From contig NC_085845.1 of assembly GCF_035594765.1 (NCBI RefSeq), positions 171,694,897-171,758,896 on the forward strand: a stretch of DNA of 64,000 nucleotides, given 5' to 3'. Both the position numbers and the translations under genes were made by a program. Every line of letters starts with the position of its first letter. Positions within the stretch are counted from its first letter, which is position 1. The DNA is from Anolis carolinensis (lineage: Eukaryota). Of this stretch, positions 1-12,992 are shown piece by piece. The notes beneath the pieces were generated by a model. The model was given only the letters and a program-made list of their open reading frames with translations. It searched no databases and was not told the origin of the DNA.

Positions 1-480
1 TCTTTCGTTATACACTTCCTGCATTTGTAATCAGTGCTCTTATTAAGTTTTGCTAATTTATGAGGAATAATGTTCCATCTATGAAATGTCTTGTAATATT
101 TTTTTTCTTTCAATTCATTTTCTTTACTGAATTTTAATCCCTTATTCCACATCTTTTCCCATGTAGATAGGTTTATGGCATGTCTTACATCTCTTGCCCA
201 ATTCAACATACAAACGTTTACTTGCTCTTCTCCCACTTCATACTTCAATAAGTGTTTGTAAATTTTTCCAATGTATTTTATGTCTTTCGGCACATAAAAT
301 CAATTCCAAAACTGTTTGATCCTTTTCAAATCTATATTCTTAAAAGTCCTTTTTGTATTTCTGTTTGAATTGTTCATAGCTGAACCAATCACTGTTTATT
401 CCAACTTTGGTCAATTCTTCTCTTGTTTTCAGTGCTAGTTAATTAGTTTAAAATAATTTAAAAGATTAAAGGTTCATTTA
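1..480 (-). mobile_element. Degraded L1/Tx1-like LINE ORF2 C-terminal fragment
   Basis: Minus-strand translation near 1-115 gives LKEKKYYKTFHRWNIIPHKLAKLNKSTDYKCRKC, resembling the reptile L1 ORF2 'YKxFxRW..P.KL.K....C.KC' region. AT-rich and frameshifted; boundaries approximate. Confidence 0.5.
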
Positions 481-1017
481 ATCATTTACTTAAAACAAGA
501 TGGTTTAAAACTAATTAAGATAGCTGAAGACACTTTAACATCACTCATCTTTTTTTAAAAAATGAGCAAAAATCAAACCAAGTCTTAAAAACTTCAATGA
601 AGAAACATGTCTTTACTTGATTCCTGAATTATAGTAATGGTGGTGCCAGGTGGACTTTTAAGGAGTGGGAATTTCACAACTAGAGTACTGCAGCAAATAA
701 AGTTCTCTCCTTCATCCTCCCATAATAATATATTAATGCTACTGATGGGATAGAGAGGAGGGCCCCTCTGGCAGATTTCAGTCCCTGAAAAGGCATAGTG
801 CTGTAAATATTAAAGCCCAAAGCCATTCACAACTTGAAAATATCAGCAGCAGCAATGATATGATATAATTTCTACATGGTGCTCTCATTAGCGATCTAGC
901 TTCTATATTTTGCTGTCGATCAAGCTGTAGGTTCTGAATCCTTTTCTTTAAATTAGTATTTATTTGAGTTTCAAGAACTACAAAAAAGACAGAACAATAA
1001 ATAAATTATAAACAAAC

Positions 1018-1812
1018 ACTGGGTTGCTGTGAGTTTTCCGGGCTGTATGGCCATGTTTCAGAAGCAGTCTCACCTGACGTTTTACCCACATCTATGGCCG
1101 GCATCCTCAGTAGTTAGGTCTGTTGGAAACTATGCAAGTGGGGTTTGTATATCTGTGGAATGTTCAGGGTGGGAGAAAGAACTCTTGTCTGTCTGAGGCA
1201 AGTGTGAATGTTTCAATTGGCCACCTTGATTAGCATTGAATGGCCTTGCAGCTTCAAAGCCTGGCTGCTTCCTGCCTGGGGGTCCTTTGTTGGGAGGTGT
1301 TAGCTGGCCCTGATTGTTTCTTGTCTGGAATTCCCCTATTTTCAGAATGTTGTTCTTTATTTCCTGTCCTGATTTTAAGAAGTTTTTTTTTAATGATGGT
1401 AGCCAGATTTTGTTCATGATCATGGTCTCCTCCTTTCTGTTGAAATTGTCCACATGCTTGTGGATTTCAATGGCTTCTCTGTGTAACCTGACAGGGTGGT
1501 TGTTACAGTGGTCCAGCATTTCTATGTTCTCAGATAATATGCTGTGTCCAGATTGGTCCATCAGGTGCTTTGCTACGGCTGACTTCTCTGGTTGAGTCAG
1601 TCTGCAGTTCCTTTCATGTTCAGTGATTCGTGTTTGGGCAATGCTGTGTTTGGTGGTCCCTATGTAGACTTGTCCACAGCTGCATGGTATACGGTAGACC
1701 CAGTAGACTTCATGTCCCAGAAGCCAAGGAGATAATGCTTCTGGGACATGACCATACAGCCTTGAAAACTCACAGCAGTTCCAGTGATTCCGGCCATGAA
1801 AGCCTTCAGCAA
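1018..1812 (-). mobile_element. Penelope-like element 3' fragment (GIY-YIG endonuclease + pseudo-LTR, with an inverted pLTR piece at the right end)
   Basis: ORF 1130..1876 contains VYRIPCSCGQVYIGTT...EHERNCRL...EKSAVAKH...REAIEIHKH (GIY-YIG of PLEs). pLTR text gggttgctgtgagttttccgggctgtatggccatg at 1021 recurs inverted at about 1735-1810. Confidence 0.9.
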
Positions 1813-2039
1813 AACAATAAACAAACAAGCTCAGGATGGTGATAGGGCACGTGTAACATTTAACAGAACATTCCATCAGAACATTGATCTAGACCAAAGT
1901 GGGCAGCAATGCTCCCTGGGGGTGCTGAAATTATTGGAGGGGGGCAGTATGGGGTTCAATTGGGAGGCCTTAAATAAAAATAGGGGGTGGTGGAAACAGA
2001 AAGATTAAATTTTGAAAAAAAACATTCGGACATTTCCTC

Positions 2040-2225
2040 TGTTGTCGAAGGCTTTCATGGCAGGAATCACTGGGTTGTTGTGCATTTTCCGGGCTGTATG
2101 GCCATGTTCCAGAAGCATTCTCTCCTGATGTTTTGCCCACATAGGGAGGCATCCTCAGAGGTTGTGAGGATAAGAGAATGCTTCTGGAACATGGCCATAC
2201 AGCCCGGAAAATGCACAACAACCCA
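2040..2225. mobile_element. Penelope pLTR-derived inverted-repeat fragment
   Basis: gggttgttgtgcattttccgggctgtatggccatgttccagaagcattctc ... gagaatgcttctggaacatggccatacagcccggaaaatgcacaacaaccc form inverted arms. Confidence 0.85.
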
Positions 2226-3403
2226 TTTCCTCTGTTGTTTAACATAAAGTTAAAGTTGTACTTTATTTTCCTAATGAACATTACCAGGTACAGTTTTATA
2301 TCCCCCACAAGGGAGAAAGGTGAAAGTTATGGGATAGGAGGAAAGGGCTGACTGTAACCAGTCTTCCCAGCATCTGTGGGGAAATCGCACCTCTGAAGGC
2401 GTCAGCCCCTCTGAAAGGCCAGTAGAAGCCAGATGAAAGAAGCCTTTTCACTCCTGCTGGCACAGCTGCAGACACCCACTGCTGGTAAGTTGCTCTTTCA
2501 GTGCCAAGTCTAGTAACAATCTTGGAAATGAAAGATAGATTTCACACTGTAACAAGCCTTCTCTCAAGGTGTGCCCTGTCATGCTTTTTTTTTTTTTCTT
2601 CTGCTGAGGGTCATGTTCCTCCACCTGAGACTCCATGCAGTGGGTGGGGACAGTATCTTCAATATCCTGTTTCCTAGGATTGTCTAATGTCTAACCCAGA
2701 GCAATAGGCGGATCTTTCTCTTCCAACTGTTTACATGAAAGAAAAATATTGTTGAACAATCACCCTGTACTTTGAGCACACAATCAGATATTTAGAAAGG
2801 GAAAAAGAGATGACATTTGTCACCCACACATTCACAGTTCTCAGAGGCCTCTGATTAATACAGCATCTATTTCTCTTTCCACCTGCACCCACCCAACCCT
2901 CACTCTGCATAAAATATTAAAAAGAGGGAAATTATGTTTTTCCCCTGCCCTCAGTACCAACTAAATTCAAAGCAAGCAGCTGGCAGGAATGAATAGAAAG
3001 AGAGCGGGTGCAGAGAAAGGGGGGATAGAAATATATTAAACATTTTTTTAAAAAACGGGAGAAGGGGAATGCAAGAGAGAAAAGCAAACAAGTGAATCAT
3101 AAAACCTACAAAGTGCTTGGAAATTTCATTTGGCTTTTCAATTTGAAAGCAACATGATGCCTAAGCCGGATGGCTCGTAAAGAAGGGAAGGGGGAAGGAA
3201 AGAGGAGGGGGGGGATGTTGCCAAATTTAAAAGAGGAAAAGAAAAGCCAAATAATCATACTGGAAACCATTCTTTGGTCAGGCTGGATTAAAATAGATTT
3301 CAGCATGATACCCCACTCCAACTAAAGAAGTGAATGATCAAATATTTCCTTCCTACATATGAAATTTCTTCCTGCTGTGTGAGAAACAAATATTCCACTA
3401 CAG

Positions 3404-3955
3404 CAGTGGTTCTCAACCTTCCTAATGCCGTGACCCCTTAGTACAGTTCCTCGTGTTGTGGTGACCCCCAACCACAAAATGATTTGTATTGCTACTTCAT
3501 AACTGTAATTTTGCTACTGTTATGAGTCATAATGTAAATATCTGATATGCTGGATGTATTTTCATTCATTGGACCAAATATGGCACAAATACCCGATATG
3601 TCCAAATTTGAATACTGGTGGGGTTGGGGGGGGGGGGGATTGATTTTGTCATTTGGGAGTTGTAGTTTCTGGGATTTACATACCTATAATCAAAGAGCAT
3701 TCTGAACTCCACCAATGATGGAATTGAACCAAACTTGGCACATAGAACTCCCATGATCAACAGAAAATACTGGAAGGGCTTGGTGGGCATTGACCTTGAG
3801 TTTTGGAGTTGTAGGTCACCTACACCCAGACAGCACTATGGACTCAAACAGTGATGGACCTGGACCAAACTTGGCACGAATATTCAATATGCCCAAATGT
3901 GAGCACTGGTGGAGTTTGTGGAAAATAGACCTTGACATTTGGGAGTTGTAGTTGC
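3404..3955 (+). mobile_element. SPIN/URR1-like hAT non-autonomous element (5' end plus lizard-specific internal repeats)
   Basis: Starts CAGTGGTTCTCAACCTTCCTAATGCCGTGACCCCTTAGTACAGTTCCTCGTGTTGTGGTGACCCCCAACC...GCTACTTCATAACTGTAATTTTGCTACTGTTATGA, matching the SPIN/URR1 MITE terminus as I recall it. Confidence 0.75.
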
Positions 3956-4086
3956 AGTAGAGCCAGCCCTAGGTATTTTTCAAGTATAGGCGAACAGAAT
4001 TTTGGCACACGCCCCCCCCCCCCCAAACTTAATTAATCACTAAGATGCAACAAAAACCCTTTGCACACTAATATTCCAGATTAAAT

Positions 4087-4412
4087 GGGGTGGCAGTGGC
4101 GCAGCGAGTTGAACTGCTAAGCTGCAGTTTAACCCACTGCCAACCTTCCGATCCGAACTTGCTGAATCCGTGGGACAGGGTGAGCTCCCATTTTCAGCCC
4201 CAGCTTCTGCCAACCTAGCAGTTTGAAAACATACAAATGTGAGTAGATCAAGAGGAACTGCTTTAGTGGGAAGGTAAGGGACTCCATGTAGTCATGCTGG
4301 CCACATGACTGAGGAGATGTCTATAAACAATGCTGGCTTTTAGTCTTAGAAATGGAGATGAGCACAACCCCCCAGAGTCGGACTCAACTAGACTTAAAGA
4401 GAAACCTTTACC
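4087..4412 (+). mobile_element. Sauria SINE
   Basis: tRNA-like head, core cagcttctgccaacctagcagtttgaaaacat..aaatgtgagtagat, tail aaatggagatgagcac..cccccagagtcgg..aacctttacc. Confidence 0.85.
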
Positions 4413-6174
4413 AGATTAACATGATTAGTTCTTTGGATTCAATTCCAGATATTGACAGTCTACAAGTTCCATCATCCAAAGCCTCACCAGTTCACAATTT
4501 TAACACTTTCCAACAGTCCCATCACACTACAGCTTTACGTTCTACTACTGTGAAAAGGAGTTAAAAACTCCTTGTTTCAAATGGTAATTTGGGAGGATGG
4601 CTAAGATACATAACCATAGCTATTTTCCAAATTTGGAATAATAGAACTGGAAAACCCCCTGCCATACAGGAAAAGCACAATCAAAGCACCTGTCAGTGAA
4701 TTGTGGGGGTTGTAGTAAAAACGTAGCTGTGATTTTTCGTTTTGAATATTTTTATGGATTTTAACTGATTTTTAAATACCAATGATATTTAATTCTATTT
4801 TAATGTTTGTATATTTGTAGATTTTTAATTGTATTGAAATGCTTTTAATGTAAGCCACTTTGAGTCTCCTTATGGAGAGAAAAGGGGGGTATAAATAAAC
4901 ATAACAACAGCTTCCCAAAGCTCTATGTGCTCTGAACACAGTTCTGTACCCACCTCTCCCCCTAGTGGCATTCATTCCTTCTGCCACTGCCTAAACATTG
5001 CCCAATGTCCATTTGTTAATTCCCCCACTACCTGAAGAATTTGTCAAACACTTTCAGAGAACAGCCAGAAGAGCAAAATCTAAATGGAATAAAATGCAGG
5101 AACTTTGGGGGAGGGATGAAGGAATCATCAGAAATTAGCAGAGTTTGCTACAGGGCCATAGTCTAGGTTTGCTTCTAATTCCCAAGTGAAGAGTTCTTAA
5201 AGTATTAAAGCCTGAAAGCCATCTGGAAATACCACAAGAAGGCATGATATAGCTTAACTCCACAGCTGCCTGGGTCTGCACTATGCTTCTACCAGCCGAA
5301 GTGCTGTATAGAGCACTTAGGGAGCATTTCCATAGCAGCACTGATTACTTGTGGGAAGGGAGAAGAGCCTCTGATAACTGAGAAGTCCCTCTTTGGCAAG
5401 AGCCTGTGCTACCGTTTAGGGAACAGGAGTTCCCCCATCTTCCAGTCAACACATCTGACCCCATTTATCCCTTCTGCCCTTCTTCATTCACAGGAATCAA
5501 ATATTAATTGCATAGCACCCTGATGAAGCGGGTATTAATGCACCCTGGCATTTTATCAAGCGGAGTTGTATTTAGAAAGAGCAGAAATGACAGCCAAAAG
5601 GCTCTGGAATCTGGAGAGAAGCAGATGTCTTCAAGGAAACCTCCTCCATTTATGATGGATGATAGTAGCAAATGCCTGCAAAGTCATAAGCAAAACTCCT
5701 TGCTCTTCCACAAATCTAGGATATGACCTGTTTTTTGCTCTTCAACGTGTACATTTGAAAGACAGCTCAGGCACTGAATTGAGTAGAGACAGCAATGTAT
5801 TGTTGACCAGGAAGTCTGTGTTAAAGAAGAACTTAGAGTTGGGTTACAGCACCAAGAATTCCCTAATCACTGGCCATGCTATCTTGGGGGTCCTGAAAGC
5901 ATGAATCCTACCAAAACCCATTCTGATTCAGCTCATAATGCTTTCCACCCTGCATACAGAAACCTTTGATATAGGATTGAATCTGTTTTTCCAAAATGAG
6001 ACTTGAAGAAATGGCAAAAGTTAAGCATTTTAAACAGCACAAAAAGGGATGGCACTGAGAATGTTCTTTTCCTGAATAACTGGGGATTCTGATATAAAAG
6101 TTAAAAGAGGTGATTGGGCCACTTGAATTATAGACAAGGTGAACTTTGCAGGCGTCAGCATACTTCCAAGGGAT

Positions 6175-6492
6175 TTGCAGGTTAAACTGCTGATCTGCTG
6201 AACTTGCTGACTGAAAGGTTGGCGGTTCGAATTTGGGGAGTGGAGTGAGCTCCTGCTGTTTGCCCCAGGTTCTGCCAATCTAGCAGTTCGAAAACATGCA
6301 AATGTTGAGTAGATCAAAGGTACCTCTCCAGCAGGAAGGTAACAGCATTCCATGCTGTCATGTTGGCCACATGTCCTTGGAAGTGTTTAAGGACAACACT
6401 CTTCAGTTTAGAAATGAAGATGAGCACCAACCCCGCAGAGTCAGACTTAATGACTAGACTTAATGTCAGGGGGAAACCTTTGCCTTTACCTT
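6175..6492 (+). mobile_element. Sauria SINE
   Basis: Same core, with tail ending gggggaaacctttgcctttacct. Confidence 0.85.
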
Positions 6493-7420
6493 AAAACTAA
6501 TTCTGTGAATGATTAAAAGTTTAACTCTTATTAATTTCCCTCTTTATGCAGAATATCTGTGCATGTTTTTTAAAATCTGGAAGAGTTTACAAGTAGCCAA
6601 GGAGTTGTTCAATGGCAAAATTAAATCTGCACAATCATTTGCAGAATTGAAATTAAACTAAAAGGGAAGAGTGTAATTACTTTAGATGAGGATGGTGCTA
6701 CAGTAGTATTAAAAACCTATGCATGCAGGATAATGTGGTTTTGTCTTGGCCACAAAAACTTTGCAAGTTGTTGAGCACTATTGGCGTCCTCGTATCAAAG
6801 TGCTCCTAGACAGACAACTCCAAATGCTAACAAGCAAATGGCACAGGACAAGTACACAACTTTCCTCTTTTTTTGGGGGGGGGGGGGGGTTGGCAGGACA
6901 AATGAGGAAAGAAACCATGGGCAAACAAAGTAAGAAATAGCATCTGCACCAAACCCAGAAAGAAACAAATCTCATCTGGAAAAACCATGTGTGCTATGCA
7001 ATCATTCCAGCAAGAGAGAGACATTTTACTCACAAATGCATTCTTTTTGCTAATGCTAATGCTAAGCCAAAATTATGGTGTGTGTGTGTGTATAATTTTC
7101 TGATAATGTTAAAGTTCTGCAGCCAAAAAAATAGAAGTTGCATCCCCATAGCATATCTTCCACTTCTCCCAATTAATCTGATTTACTTTGTTTTCAGAAG
7201 CTTTTAAATGTCCAATTATTTTCTCCTCCTCCCACTTTCCCCCTTTCTCCTATGTTCACTTCAATTGCTGCTGAATGAATTCAAAATGCACAAGTGGTTT
7301 GCACTCAAATGAACAGAGAGAGGAGAGAAAGAGTTGGAATCCTGCCCTTCCCAGTAGGCTTGGGCGAAAGCAACTGTTGCAGCCTATGCTAGCTTATATT
7401 TGTCCTCATTAATAACTTTT

Positions 7421-7551
7421 TGCTGTCTTGGCCACACTGTGATATTGTTCGCCACATGTGTCCCTGTAAAATGTTGGAGAGTATGCCTTACTTTCCAACA
7501 TTTTACAGGGACACATGTGGCAAACAATATCACAGTGTGGCCAAGACAGCA
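7421..7551. repeat. Near-perfect 131-bp inverted repeat (hairpin)
   Basis: About 63-bp arms (tgctgtcttggccacactgtgatattgtt...ggagagta / tactttcc...aacaatatcacagtgtggccaagacagca), 5-nt loop tgcct, two mismatches. Confidence 0.95.
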
Positions 7552-7833
7552 CAGTGTGTTAAAGCACTGGGCTGCTGAACTTGCGGAATGAGCTCCAGCT
7601 GTTAGTCCCAGCTTCTGCCAACCTAGCAGTTTGAAAACATGCAAATGTGAGTAGATCGATAGGTACCGCTCCGGCAGGAAGGTAATGGCGCTCCATGCAG
7701 TCATGCCGGCCACATGACCTTGGAGGTGTCTACGGACAATGCCGGCTCTTCGGTTTAGAAATGGAGATGAGCACCAACCCCCAGAGTCGGACACAACTAG
7801 ACTTAACGTCAGGGGAAACCTTTACCTTTACCT
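7549..7833 (+). mobile_element. Sauria SINE
   Basis: Core and tail ...aggggaaacctttacctttacct; it abuts the hairpin. Confidence 0.9.
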
Positions 7834-9294
7834 TTTATGCCTTATTTGGGTTGCTGTGAGTTTTTCAGGCTGTATGGCCATGTTGCCTTACTTGTTTCTG
7901 TGGCCCAAGTGTTGTTCCATGTGCTGGTCACAAACATCCTTAAAAAAGAAAAGGGCTCTAAATCCTACTTCCACTCTAGCTATTCAAAGAGACTTTGCCT
8001 TCAACTCCCCACCTTTCTACACTCACCACAGACCATTTTCCAATCCATTGGCTGGGAAAAAAATCTCACTTTTTCCCACTAGTATCACCTGTGTATGGGC
8101 ATAAATGTATGTAACAACACTTTAAATGCACACCTGTTCTCCAGTATCACTACAACTAGATTCCAAATGCAAGACACAGAACTAACAAACTTAAAAAGAA
8201 ATTTGTGTTGCCTTTTAAAAATTGAAATTTCTCCATCACAAGCCTTGTCCCAAGAAATTGGAAGATCAAATTAGATGGCTCCTTCAATAACTCCAGCTTC
8301 AGGACCCTTCCTTGTTTTTTACTCATGGCCAAATCTTCAGGGAAAATCCAGGAGTAGAAGGGAGCCAGAAGGGCAGAGAAAGAAGACAATAAAATACAAA
8401 GAGACTGACATAAAGAGTGGGGATGAAAGGAAACACAGGCAGAGAGAAGTAAAAGGAACAATAAACGTTGAGGCAGGGAGAGATGCTGCTGAACGGCTGG
8501 CTGCATTACAAAAAAGCAGTTATGGATGAAGGAGACATATATAATTTGCCCCCATGCAGCTGGACACATAACAAGCATTTTCACCCATCTAATTGGACAG
8601 CCACCCTTCTGCACTTCTGCGTGAGATAGAATACAAATGCACCTTTGGATCTCTGTATTTGATCCCTTTAATCGCACACAGTTTGTGTTTACTAGCAGAG
8701 ACAGAGAGTCATGTTCACCACCTGAATTTCATTACAGCAATGTAGCAGGATGGGGCGATCATGGGCACAGAGCTCGCTGCCAACAGACACTTCTTAGCTT
8801 GGTGAATATTTTGGTCCCTTTTACCAGTCCCTGTGAGTTCAGCCAGAAGCCTGCACACAGAAAGAGAAGAGCTACATCAGAACACTTCCAAATTTTTAGG
8901 GGGGGGGGGGGGAGGAGGGGGTCTCTGGACTGCTAGGATCCTCTTGTTCTGGCTGATACCACTTCACATGTAATTTCACTCTCTGCTACAGCACTATTTA
9001 TTTCTCTAGACATCTGATTAAATCAGACATATCCAATTTTCCAGAGTATCACAGCATTACAAGGTGTGCCACTCGTACACCTGCTAAAGAAAGCTTTCAC
9101 GGTGTTCTACATTGTGGGATAAATGCTGACAGGATTATTGGCACCACACATTCAGTGTGTATAGTTATAAAATCAGCACCCAATACCACTTTAAACACTG
9201 CTAAAAAATAAAAACAAGGAAAAGTGGACTGTACCTGTAGCTAGTCAAACCAGTCCTTGGTATTATGGGGTGTTAACACAGATATTAAGGTGTT

Positions 9295-9492
9295 TCTGAC
9301 TTATAATGATCCTATCGCAAGGTTTTCTTGGCGAGATTTCTTCAGAGGTGGCTTGTATTGCTTTCCTTTGAGACAGAGAGAGTGTGACTTCTCAAGGTCA
9401 CCCAGTGGGTTTCATGGACTGAATGGGGATTTGGAAGCTGATTTCTAGTGTTGTAGTCCAACACTTGAACTACTACACCATGGTGGCTCTCA
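9295..9492 (-). mobile_element. MIR-like squamate SINE (related copies at about 12365-12480, 15930-16150 and 19140-19275)
   Basis: Shared text gagagagtgtgactt..caaggtcacccagtgggtttc..atgg..gga(t)ttgaacc in several diverged copies. Confidence 0.6.
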
Positions 9493-10108
9493 TAGTAGGG
9501 GTGATAAATAAAAAGCAGGGGCTGAGTTCATGTTCATTTAATAATTTTGGAGAAGAGTGAATTTTAGGAGGTGCTGGTTATCATGCAACCTTAATCTGCT
9601 GAAAAATTCTCCTACTACACAACCCATAAATATACCAGAACCCTGTCATGTTATTTACCTGGAAACTTTATCATAAAGCTTTATCATAAAGCAATTTGTT
9701 CACGTCACTCCACAAAAGAGGGTTGTGGCTTCACAAAAGACAGAGCCATCCAGTACTGCAAGTAGACTTAGGGTAATACTTCTGATGATATTTAAATTTT
9801 ACTTTTCTTTGTCCCAGTCCCCACCTGGTCAAAAAGGAGTTGTTTTTGTCTTCATTGAAATCCCTAGACCAACTGAACAACAGAAACAAAACTGATGCAG
9901 AATGTAGGCTTGAGACTCCAACATTGTCACTTTTCTCCTCATGTATTATTTATTTCTTTTGCCGGATGAAGAAGCCAGTGGAGCTCCAAAAGCTTGCATT
10001 ATGTATTATGCATTTTTGATGGCTAATAAAGGTATCACTCTCTTGCAGATTTTGTTTTATTTTGTTGTATGGGCAACACAACTACCGATGGATAGGTTCC
10101 CTGGATTA

Positions 10109-10457
10109 TGACCTCATCAGACGAAGGCGAATTTGGCGGCATGCACCACTTCACTTATCCTTTTACAACGGAGTCTGCCGGCTCCTATTCCATGATGCAC
10201 TGCAAAATCCGGTGGGGCTCAATCATAAAAAGGAAGGTAAATTGACACATGCTGCCACAGCGGCAACATGGGAGGCTTCCTGTGTTGCCTTGGATCAATG
10301 GGGGGAAGCCAGATGGTAGACATTTCCCCATGGGATGGGGACTTGGGTGAGACGGCTGATGCGGAGCATGGGGCAACAGATTTCCCACACACCCTGATGG
10401 GCATTGACAGAATCACTATGATGCATGGTGATTCCGGTGGCTTTTCTGATGAGGTCC
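10109..10457. mobile_element. PIF/Harbinger-type MITE
   Basis: Terminal inverted repeats (t)GACCTCATCAGA ... TCTGATGAGGTCC, flanked by TTA at 10106-10108 and 10458-10460. Confidence 0.7.
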
Positions 10458-11534
10458 TTAATAAGTATTTTGTAAGTAGCTGAACACTACTGTTCAAAAA
10501 CATATAGGCTGATAAAAGCTCATTCCAGACAAAAGGCTCTTAGTGCTTCAATTCAAAAAGCATTATGCACCTATCCTGTATTTTCCTAAAGAGATGTTTC
10601 TTTATTTCTGGTATGGACAAAGAAGTGATGGGAAAACCCAAAAGGAATGTCTAAGATTGTAAAGTTGAAAACATGGAAACTGTAAGGCAAAAGTTGCAAA
10701 ACTGTGTAGGGGGACAGAGATACTGTACCTTTAATGTTTTAGGGAACTTTCACATGTGCATTTTTCTCCCCCACACATGAAAAACTGCATTGTGCAAATT
10801 CTCTCTAACTCAGAGGGAAGTACTAATGAACAAGGAGCCCTGTTCACACCATCCAATCATTCTAAAATATTGGTAGAAAGAAGCAGTGTAAATATAGTGC
10901 TGAATTTGGATCAGCCTGATCTAAATTAAAATCTTTCTTCAAACATTTTTTTCATTTGGCCATAGGCAAACTGCATTCCTTCAACTGCAGGGTCCTACTT
11001 GATATTTCAGGAATATTAGCAACCAAATTTGTTGTGCCATTGCAGGACAAATGAGATCATTCCTATAAAGTATTTTATATATTCCAGAAATAGTACGGTA
11101 AGTAATCATAATCAATAATCCAAAGAGAAAGTCATAATCTCACTTCACACATCAGCATATGCATGTAATGCACAAAACCCACCTTATACCAGTGTTAGGT
11201 ATCCTTCATCCATCTCTTCCAAAAGACTAGCTGCAAAATATTTTGGTCTGGCATGAGATGGTGACATCTTGTGATGAAAGAAAGCAATGGCAACATGGAC
11301 CCATTTCAAAATGAGGTTTTCTTCCTCTCCAGCTGCTAAGGAGTCCAACATTCCTCTTTAAATGAAGCACAAGGAAGACACAGTGAGTTTCAAAAAAGAA
11401 AGGAAAAAGAGCAGCAGCCAGAAAGAGCAAAACCTGGCATGACGACCACATTCTTCTAATTTTTGAACATGAATGACCAAGTTAAAGGCTTACTCCTTCA
11501 GCAATCTCCACAAACACGTATTGATTTAAGTCCC

Positions 11535-11802
11535 AGGTTCAAATCCCGGGAGCGGAATGAGCGCCCGCTGTTAGCCCCAGCTCCTGCCAACCTAGCAGTT
11601 CGAAAACATGCAAATGTGAGTAGATAAATAGGTACCGCTCCGGCGGGAAGGTAACGGTGCGCCATGCAGTCATGCCGGCCACATGACCTTGGAGGTGTCT
11701 ACGGACAACGCTGGCTCTTTGGCCTAGCAATGGAGATGAGCACCAACCCCCAGAGTCGGTCACGACTGGACTTAACGTCAGGGGAAAACCTTTACCTACC
11801 TT
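11535..11802 (+). mobile_element. Sauria SINE (5'-truncated, young)
   Basis: CpG-retaining core and tail ggggaaaacctttacctacct. Confidence 0.9.
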
Positions 11803-12707
11803 AAGTATAGTTATGTTTCACAATAAAGCCCAGCATAAAAAGGGAAGTGCTATTAGGAAGAAAAGATGCATGCCATAAATATGCCATTGGAGAACTATAG
11901 CATTCTTCAATAGGCTTCCAAAATTCCCATGCACTTCTTGAGTGAGTAACCCTATTTTACCAGGCAGTTTTTCTAACTATTTCTATAGTACCTCATTTTG
12001 CTAGAAAGTTTTCTAAGAGGATGACAAATTATCACTGAATCTAGTGTTTCCATTCTGCTGGGGGTAGCCTTACACAAAAGAAAAGAGGTATTTTATAGCA
12101 ATGACACTTGTATAGAATAGAAATGTCCAGCATGTGTGGCTTATCATAAATGCTACTTTTACAGATATAACCCTTCTTCAATTCAACAATTATACATACA
12201 AGAGCCCTGTTTTATTTCCCATGAAACCATCCTAATTTCTGCAATACTTCAACTTGAGGAGAATTTGTGCTTCTGGTTGATCTACAGCACAATCAAAAGC
12301 ATTTCTGCCAAGAAGTCTGATGGAGCTAAATGAGATTTACACTACTCTGAGTGTAATAGTTTATACAATGGCTCTGAGATCAGGGTTTGGATCTCCATTC
12401 AGCCATGGAAACCCACTGGGTGACCTAGGACATGTCATGCTCTCAGCTTCAGAGGAAAGCAAAGGCAACTCCTGCAAACACATCTAATGGTATTAGAAAG
12501 TTCTTCTCAAAATAATAATAAAAAAACATGGATTGAAAAGGTTAAATCAAGTAATCGTGTTGGAAGAGATGACACTCCTGACAGATGGCCATGAAGTGGA
12601 ATGTAGTGATTCCACTACATTCCAAAGCAACATAGCTCTGGGTCCCCCTGGGGGAGAAGAGTGGTATATAAATAAAATAAATGAATGAATAAATATAAAT
12701 AAATAAA

Positions 12708-12992
12708 CATATTCCACTGTCGAACAGTTCTTACCACCAGGAAGCTTTTCCTAATAATCAAGTAGAATCTCTTTTCTGTGGTTGAAATCCTTTGCTCCAT
12801 GCCCAGTCTCCACAGCAGAAAAAAACAAATCCACTCCATCTTTAGTATGGCATCCTTTCACATTTCACTATGTCATCCTTCCATGTTCCCCTCTTAACCT
12901 TCTGTTCTCCATGCTAAATATGCTCAGCTCTCTAAGCTGCTCTTCCATACACTTGATCATTTCAGTCACCCTCCTCTGGACATATTCCAACT
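12708..12992 (-). mobile_element. CR1 LINE 3' fragment
   Basis: Minus-strand translation includes EKRFYLIIRKSFLVVRTVRQWN, the CR1 ORF2 C-terminal 'R..F..R....WN' signature. Confidence 0.65.

Noticed and set aside
1130-1876. 248-aa ORF as a host gene
   Set aside because: It is a chimera of an inverted pLTR and a Penelope GIY-YIG fragment, with no RT.
10440-10460. CTGATGAG, a hammerhead-like box, at both ends of 10109-10457
   Set aside because: It is the TIR of a TTA-flanked MITE; no properly placed stem II, GAAA box or cleavage triplet follows.
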